Assembly: GCA_964658305.1 (NCBI GenBank)
Contig: OZ210884.1
Location: forward strand, 1,302,001-1,366,000
Direction: 5' to 3'
DNA length: 64,000 bases
Origin: Leptogorgia sarmentosa
Lineage: Eukaryota
Under the pieces are notes generated by a model. That model did not search any database, was not told the DNA's origin, and saw nothing but the letters and a program-made list of their open reading frames with translations. Shown one piece after another: positions 55,001-61,000 of the stretch. Positions within the stretch are counted from its first letter, which is position 1. Every line of letters begins with the position of its first letter. The translations under genes and the position numbers were made by a program.

Positions 55001-58000
55001 TCAAAGTCATCTTCAGGTATCTATTCTGTCTGAAGATGACTTTGAAATAAAGTCGAAAATTTACAGTATCAAACTGCGTCTTGTTTTGAATCAGATATAC
55101 CTCTTAAACAGCCATATAGACATTATTAGTTTTGGTGTCGAATTTATCTTTTGGATTAAATTTTCGGATTAAACTTCCTGCTGAGCACACGGTGACTTCT
55201 AATTTTTACAATTTCTTTACAAGGGTTGTATCTATACAAACCTGGTTGAATTGGTCCACCTCGTCGTTTACACTTTCTGTCTTTCCAGCAATCAACATTA
55301 ATTTACTTTGAACATCCTTCACTTCTTCGAAGCTATAAATCTTTTCGTCTCGGTTCTTCTCGTTGTCTTTAGGAACAACAAGACATACCAAACTCTCAAG
55401 GGATGATTTAGCACCACTGTTCACGTGTTTGATGTATTTGGTATTTTCGCTGTCTGCGATGAAGTAAATACCACTCGAATTGATCGCTTCAACTTGAGCC
55501 CTGGTGGTGACAGAAACCGAACCATGCGAATCCTTAATTTGCTTCAACCATGAGAGGCCTCGATTAGTCTCCATCTGAAATGGTATTGACTGTTGAAATG
55601 TATCTAATTTGTAACGCCAATTCTCCTTCTCTGAAATGATTTTTTGGGCATTTTATCTAAACTTTGATACTGACGCAGCTAAACTGGAATTGTGAGGATT
55701 TCTTTACATATACTTACTAACTGCAGATTATCAATAAAGATTTGATGTTTGGCCAATCAGATGCATTTTCCTGATTAACAAATCAAATGCCTGCTAAGGT
55801 AGTGGTATAGTAAAAGTGAAAGTCAAAGCTAATTCTGAAACTTTCCTTTATTGTGCAGACAAAAATCACATTTTTGAAGGTAGCTCACCAATTTTCCTTC
55901 AATGCTTGGATTGGCGTCAAAGGCTTGCCATACAGGTTCGCAAAGTTCTATCAAATCATCAAAACCATGTTCTGGTTTGTAACCAAATATCAGAGATCCA
56001 AATCCAAGACAACTGGTGTGCATACAGGAAATGCGATCAATCTCCATATCATCCTCCCCAGCTGATATCATCGCCAAATCAACAAACACTTTTAGCCCTT
56101 GTTCATCTTTTAAAATGAGAAAAAGATGAACATTTTTAACTAAAGTGAACGTTTTGGTAAAGGCAACATTAATATTAACGAAACCGAAATGATTTACAGT
56201 AGTTTATTAAACCATGGTTTGGAGACACGTTAAAAGCACTATATACAACTGATTTATCTATCAGTTTTCTGTAATTGGTAAAAAGAACAACACGATTAAG
56301 CAAACCGCTTGTTTATCTGTGGTTGAACTTTTATTTGATTGAGGATTTAGGAACGCGCAGTAAGACGAAAAAAAGATTTTGCACATGAAAAAGATGTATT
56401 TTTGCTCTTTACAATATATCACACACAGTCTGTTTTCCTTGCATGATATTCCGCAGTATAGGATCAGGCTATATAAACGATTATAATATAAGTAGGGTAA
56501 AATCTGCAACGTGATTGGCTAATGAGCGTGCATTATAACAGCGTAATGCACGCATCTAGCTATTAAATTTCTCCCGCGACTCTTTGGTTTGACAAAAAGA
56601 CAATAAAAATACATATATACTAAAAATACATCCATAAAAAACGCTTGAATTGTTTGCTTTCGCTCAGCTAAAGGAATAAAGCTGTGTTGCTGCTTGGCAA
56701 CATTTGAGAACACGCTTAATTACATGTAAAGAGAATTGTAATTTTGATCTTCCTAACGAAGTTTTTTGTTGCGCTAATATTCTCTTATATTATAAAAGAA
56801 ATAGAAAAACTCGTCGCGTGCCATTATGCTGTTATAATTGCACTCGGGCAATGTTGTGAGAATACTCGAGAATCGCGTAAAACACTCGGCTACGCCTCGT
56901 GTTTTACGCGATTCTCTCGTATTCTCCCAACATTGCCCTCGTGCATTATAACAGCATAATGGCACGCGACTCGTTATCTATTTCTTAAATAGTGAGCGGA
57001 CGTTTTGTGTATTTTGATTTTTCATGGATACTTTCATCTTTTTTTAAAAAGGAAAGTGTTCTGAAGCTGGATAAGGATCAACCCTGGGTTAAATATGACC
57101 CCAATATAGAATATACTGTAGCTACCCCAACAGTTTTGGAGAAGAAATGACGGCAATGTGCTCCACGAGATTTTGTGAACGGGGTGATTCTTATTTGCAG
57201 AAAAACTTTGTAATCTATCAGCCAATCAAATTTTCAATAATTTCACTTGGCGTGTAGCAAAGAGACCAACAGTGCAACAGTGCTGTACCTTACCTTTAAT
57301 GCTCTCTTTCAACCAAGTGACCAAATCGAAACATTTAGTAAATGTCGTTAAACAACTTCGCTTTTCTGGGCTTATTTCCTTCAACAGTTCCCCAGCCTCA
57401 AGCAGTTGGTCACTAACATCATTGATGAGTTGATTCTGGAAGTTTCCTGTGATAATCTGCAAACAAATGGTATAAATAAGCCACCACTAATAACATATTA
57501 AAACAGGTGAGAAAATTGTTTTAACTGACCGGTTATTAAAATAACTGAGAATGAATAAACATAAAAAAAATGGTGTTTTTCTCTTTTGAAACTAATGATA
57601 GTTATTCGGAGACACATTTAAAATAAAGACGCCTTTCTTGAAAATTTTTCATTCAGGCAATGTTTATCCATTCCCAGTACCGTGATAAACCGAAACTGTA
57701 GAAACTCTTCTACTATGTCAATAACATGCACAAAAGATTTCTGACGGCACGTCATTGCCTTCATTTAAGAAGCTCTATCCAGTAGTTCAGGATCAGTAAA
57801 CATAAGAAAACCTTCGAAGAGCTGGAAATATAAACTAGGGCAATTTGGCTCACATGAAACTAAGCCCAGGTTAGGCCAATCAGTTTTTAATATTGAGAGA
57901 ACTGGGCAACACACTCACCGCATGTACCACCTTCACTCCATTTGGACGTATCTGGGGAGTTGCAACTTACAGTATGTCTCATGGAGTTACGGTTCGATTG

Positions 58001-61000
58001 TGTTTCTGGATATGCCAATTTAGGTTAAGTAAAGAATAACAGTTTCGGTGTGCTTGGAGCATGCAAGATTTCAGTACGCAATCGAGAGAGAGCTTCGCAA
58101 CTCAATTGAAAAAGCATGCATGCCGTCATCCAAAACAACGAATGATCCATCATCCGTACGTCCTTCGACGCAACGGTATCAAGGGCTAGACAATATCTAG
58201 TACCAGTTATCCCCAAGCCAAAGAGTGAACGCCAGCGCGAAGCACCGTTCCGGCGTTAACCCAGGGCAAGGGTACTAATTCCGCACGGCCATTTACACCC
58301 GCGTGAAGGACAGCATAGCGGAGTCGGATTATTTCTATGTAATTTATTTCTGATTGTCAAAAAAATTGAATTAAAACATTACTCCTAAATCAAACTCGAC
58401 CAGTTTTGGGTCAATATAAATACTGCGAAAGTATTGAGGTTTGCATACTACACATTAGATCAACAAAAAACTCGTATAGTCTACCTGTTCAATTCTTGAA
58501 AAATCACCCTCGAGACCCAACTCATCCCGTAAATCTAGAATAGCCTGCGCAGCCTGTCGAGCATCAACAAGTTTCTTGTAACTCTTCACTTTCTCTATTT
58601 TGGAGCTGAATTTCTTCTTTACCTCATCCAAATCAGCGGTGCCAAGAAAATATTTTGAAAGCTGCATGAATTCCTCCTTTAAAGCGTCGTAGTTATATCC
58701 AAATATAACTAAATATTTATCAATTTTTTTCAGCTGTATAACTCCATCAAGAAAATGTTGATTTATACATTTCAGTTCTCCACAAGTTGTTGACCACACA
58801 TTAAATATCATTTCCATTGTTACAACTTCTTCTTTTAATTTTTCGCTGGACTTCTTCCATAATACGCTGAAAATTCGACTGCGTTTTATTTCAGTTATTT
58901 TTGACACCATCTCATAAAACTTATCGTTGAGGTTGAAATATTTAATGCCAAATTTTCCAGACGTTTCAGCGACCAAAGTGCATATAGATAATTCATCATA
59001 ATTTTCGTCAATTTTGTTTTGGTAAACACGAAGTTCTTCATCAACTAAAGAAATAAAACTGTTATGAAACCAAAAATACGTTTTTTCGACTTTTAAGAAA
59101 AAAATTGAAATAAATATACTTGCGATTGGGGGATACTGATAAGGATTTAAATCACAACATACAACGTCGTACTAAGTTATCCTTTCTTGCGTTATGCGAT
59201 AGTAATGATCATATAGCGAGGGAAGTAATTAGTATGAATTAGAAATGACATTACAGATATTGATACTACAGTGTATATTCCAGTGCCACTACATGCATGT
59301 TAAAAATGAGAAAGTGTAGCTGTACAATTGTAGCATAAATATGTTGTGATGGTTGATTTTTCATAAACATGATGGACAATTTATGACCTTAAATGAGCGA
59401 TTTTAGTATTTCCAAAAAAGAAACTTCACACATATATTTAGCGACCGAGACAGATTTATATTGCCTCTATACAACTTTTGGTACTGTAACGTGTTGATAC
59501 GCAATAACTCGCCACATTTAATGCCATCCAAGGGAGGAACTGGGCTGTACAAGGCCTATGTATTGCTCAGTCGCTAGTAGTTACTGATACAACCCCCCGC
59601 CTCCTCAAAAAAACACCATTTATCGTGTGCTGATCACGGAAGAACTTAAAAATAACGGGGCTGTTCAGTATCACGGGATATAGCCAACCACTCAGCAACG
59701 AGAATGAATGAATTGTATCACAGGATTACCTGAACTTCTGATAATTATAATGTATAGTCAGTACAATGAGATGGTTAAGAAACTTGACGCAGATTGAAAT
59801 AGATATTGGAAAGTGAATTTGATTGGAAATGCTAATCAACTCGATATATCCGATCCTTGCATTGATTTCGAACGGAAATAAACATTGGACATCTTGCTAT
59901 GGGAGTATTGCGCATTACTATTATTTCAGTAGTAATTTATGGTTTTTCTACATTAAAGAATAAAGCTGCATTTTTATTGGTTGTCTGACAATTAAATCGG
60001 AGGTATTATTTAATTTTATTCTCTTATTATTTTCATTACTTATTACAAGTCTTTTATTCTCAGGTTCCTCTTGATAACAGCAATATTTTTTGCTGACAGG
60101 ACTAACCTGACGTAAATAAAAATAAAATAAAATTGTCTATCAAAAGGTGTCTATTCAACATGGCTGCCGAAAATGGTTTTCATTCGGTTAATTGATTTTG
60201 AAGAAATACTAAAAGCTAATGCAATTACACAGAGCACAAACATGCACCAAAAAAGTGGTTAATTGTAATTTAACAAAATTTGTTTAACAATTTAAAACTT
60301 TAAAAGACTTTAAAACAAAGGGCGACAAATTGCAATTTCCAAATAATGTTCATTCACACTTCACGATCATAAACAACGATTAATGTTTCTTCAACGTTTT
60401 ATAATTTGACTGGTTTATATCGTGCATGATCTTTTTCGTAAATTTAATGCACTTTCTTCGCAATTTGGCACTAAAGTTTGTTGTTTTAATGAATTATTTT
60501 AGACACGCGTATTTAAAAAGGAAGGAAACTATATTCATGACAGAAGTGTATGTCGCGATATTTAACTTAATTTACGCATATGTTACTACTGAAATTATAC
60601 TAAAACAATTTTTCTCAACATCGCTAAATAATATGTTTACTTAATTTGAAAACACAATGACGCATGACTGACATACCGGAAGTGAAGGTCGTACAGAAGC
60701 CAATGAAACGAGCCAGATGGTCTCGCAACGTCAAAAATGCGTCCAGTTCGCAACATCTTTTGGAAAAGGAATCCTTTACTGATACTTTACTTGAAGTTTT
60801 TTGGTTTATTTGATGCACCCCACTAAGCTTCAAAAACTGTTCGGAGTGTTTCTTCAAGACATCAAGTGTGGCAACTGTAACAGTTCCATTCACCACAGAG
60901 AGAATCAATTTGTCAAGGAACGACTCTACAGTGGCTATGATGATTTTCCAGTCACCTTCTTTTGTAAATTCTTCTTTACTATTGGAATCGCCACCTTAAA

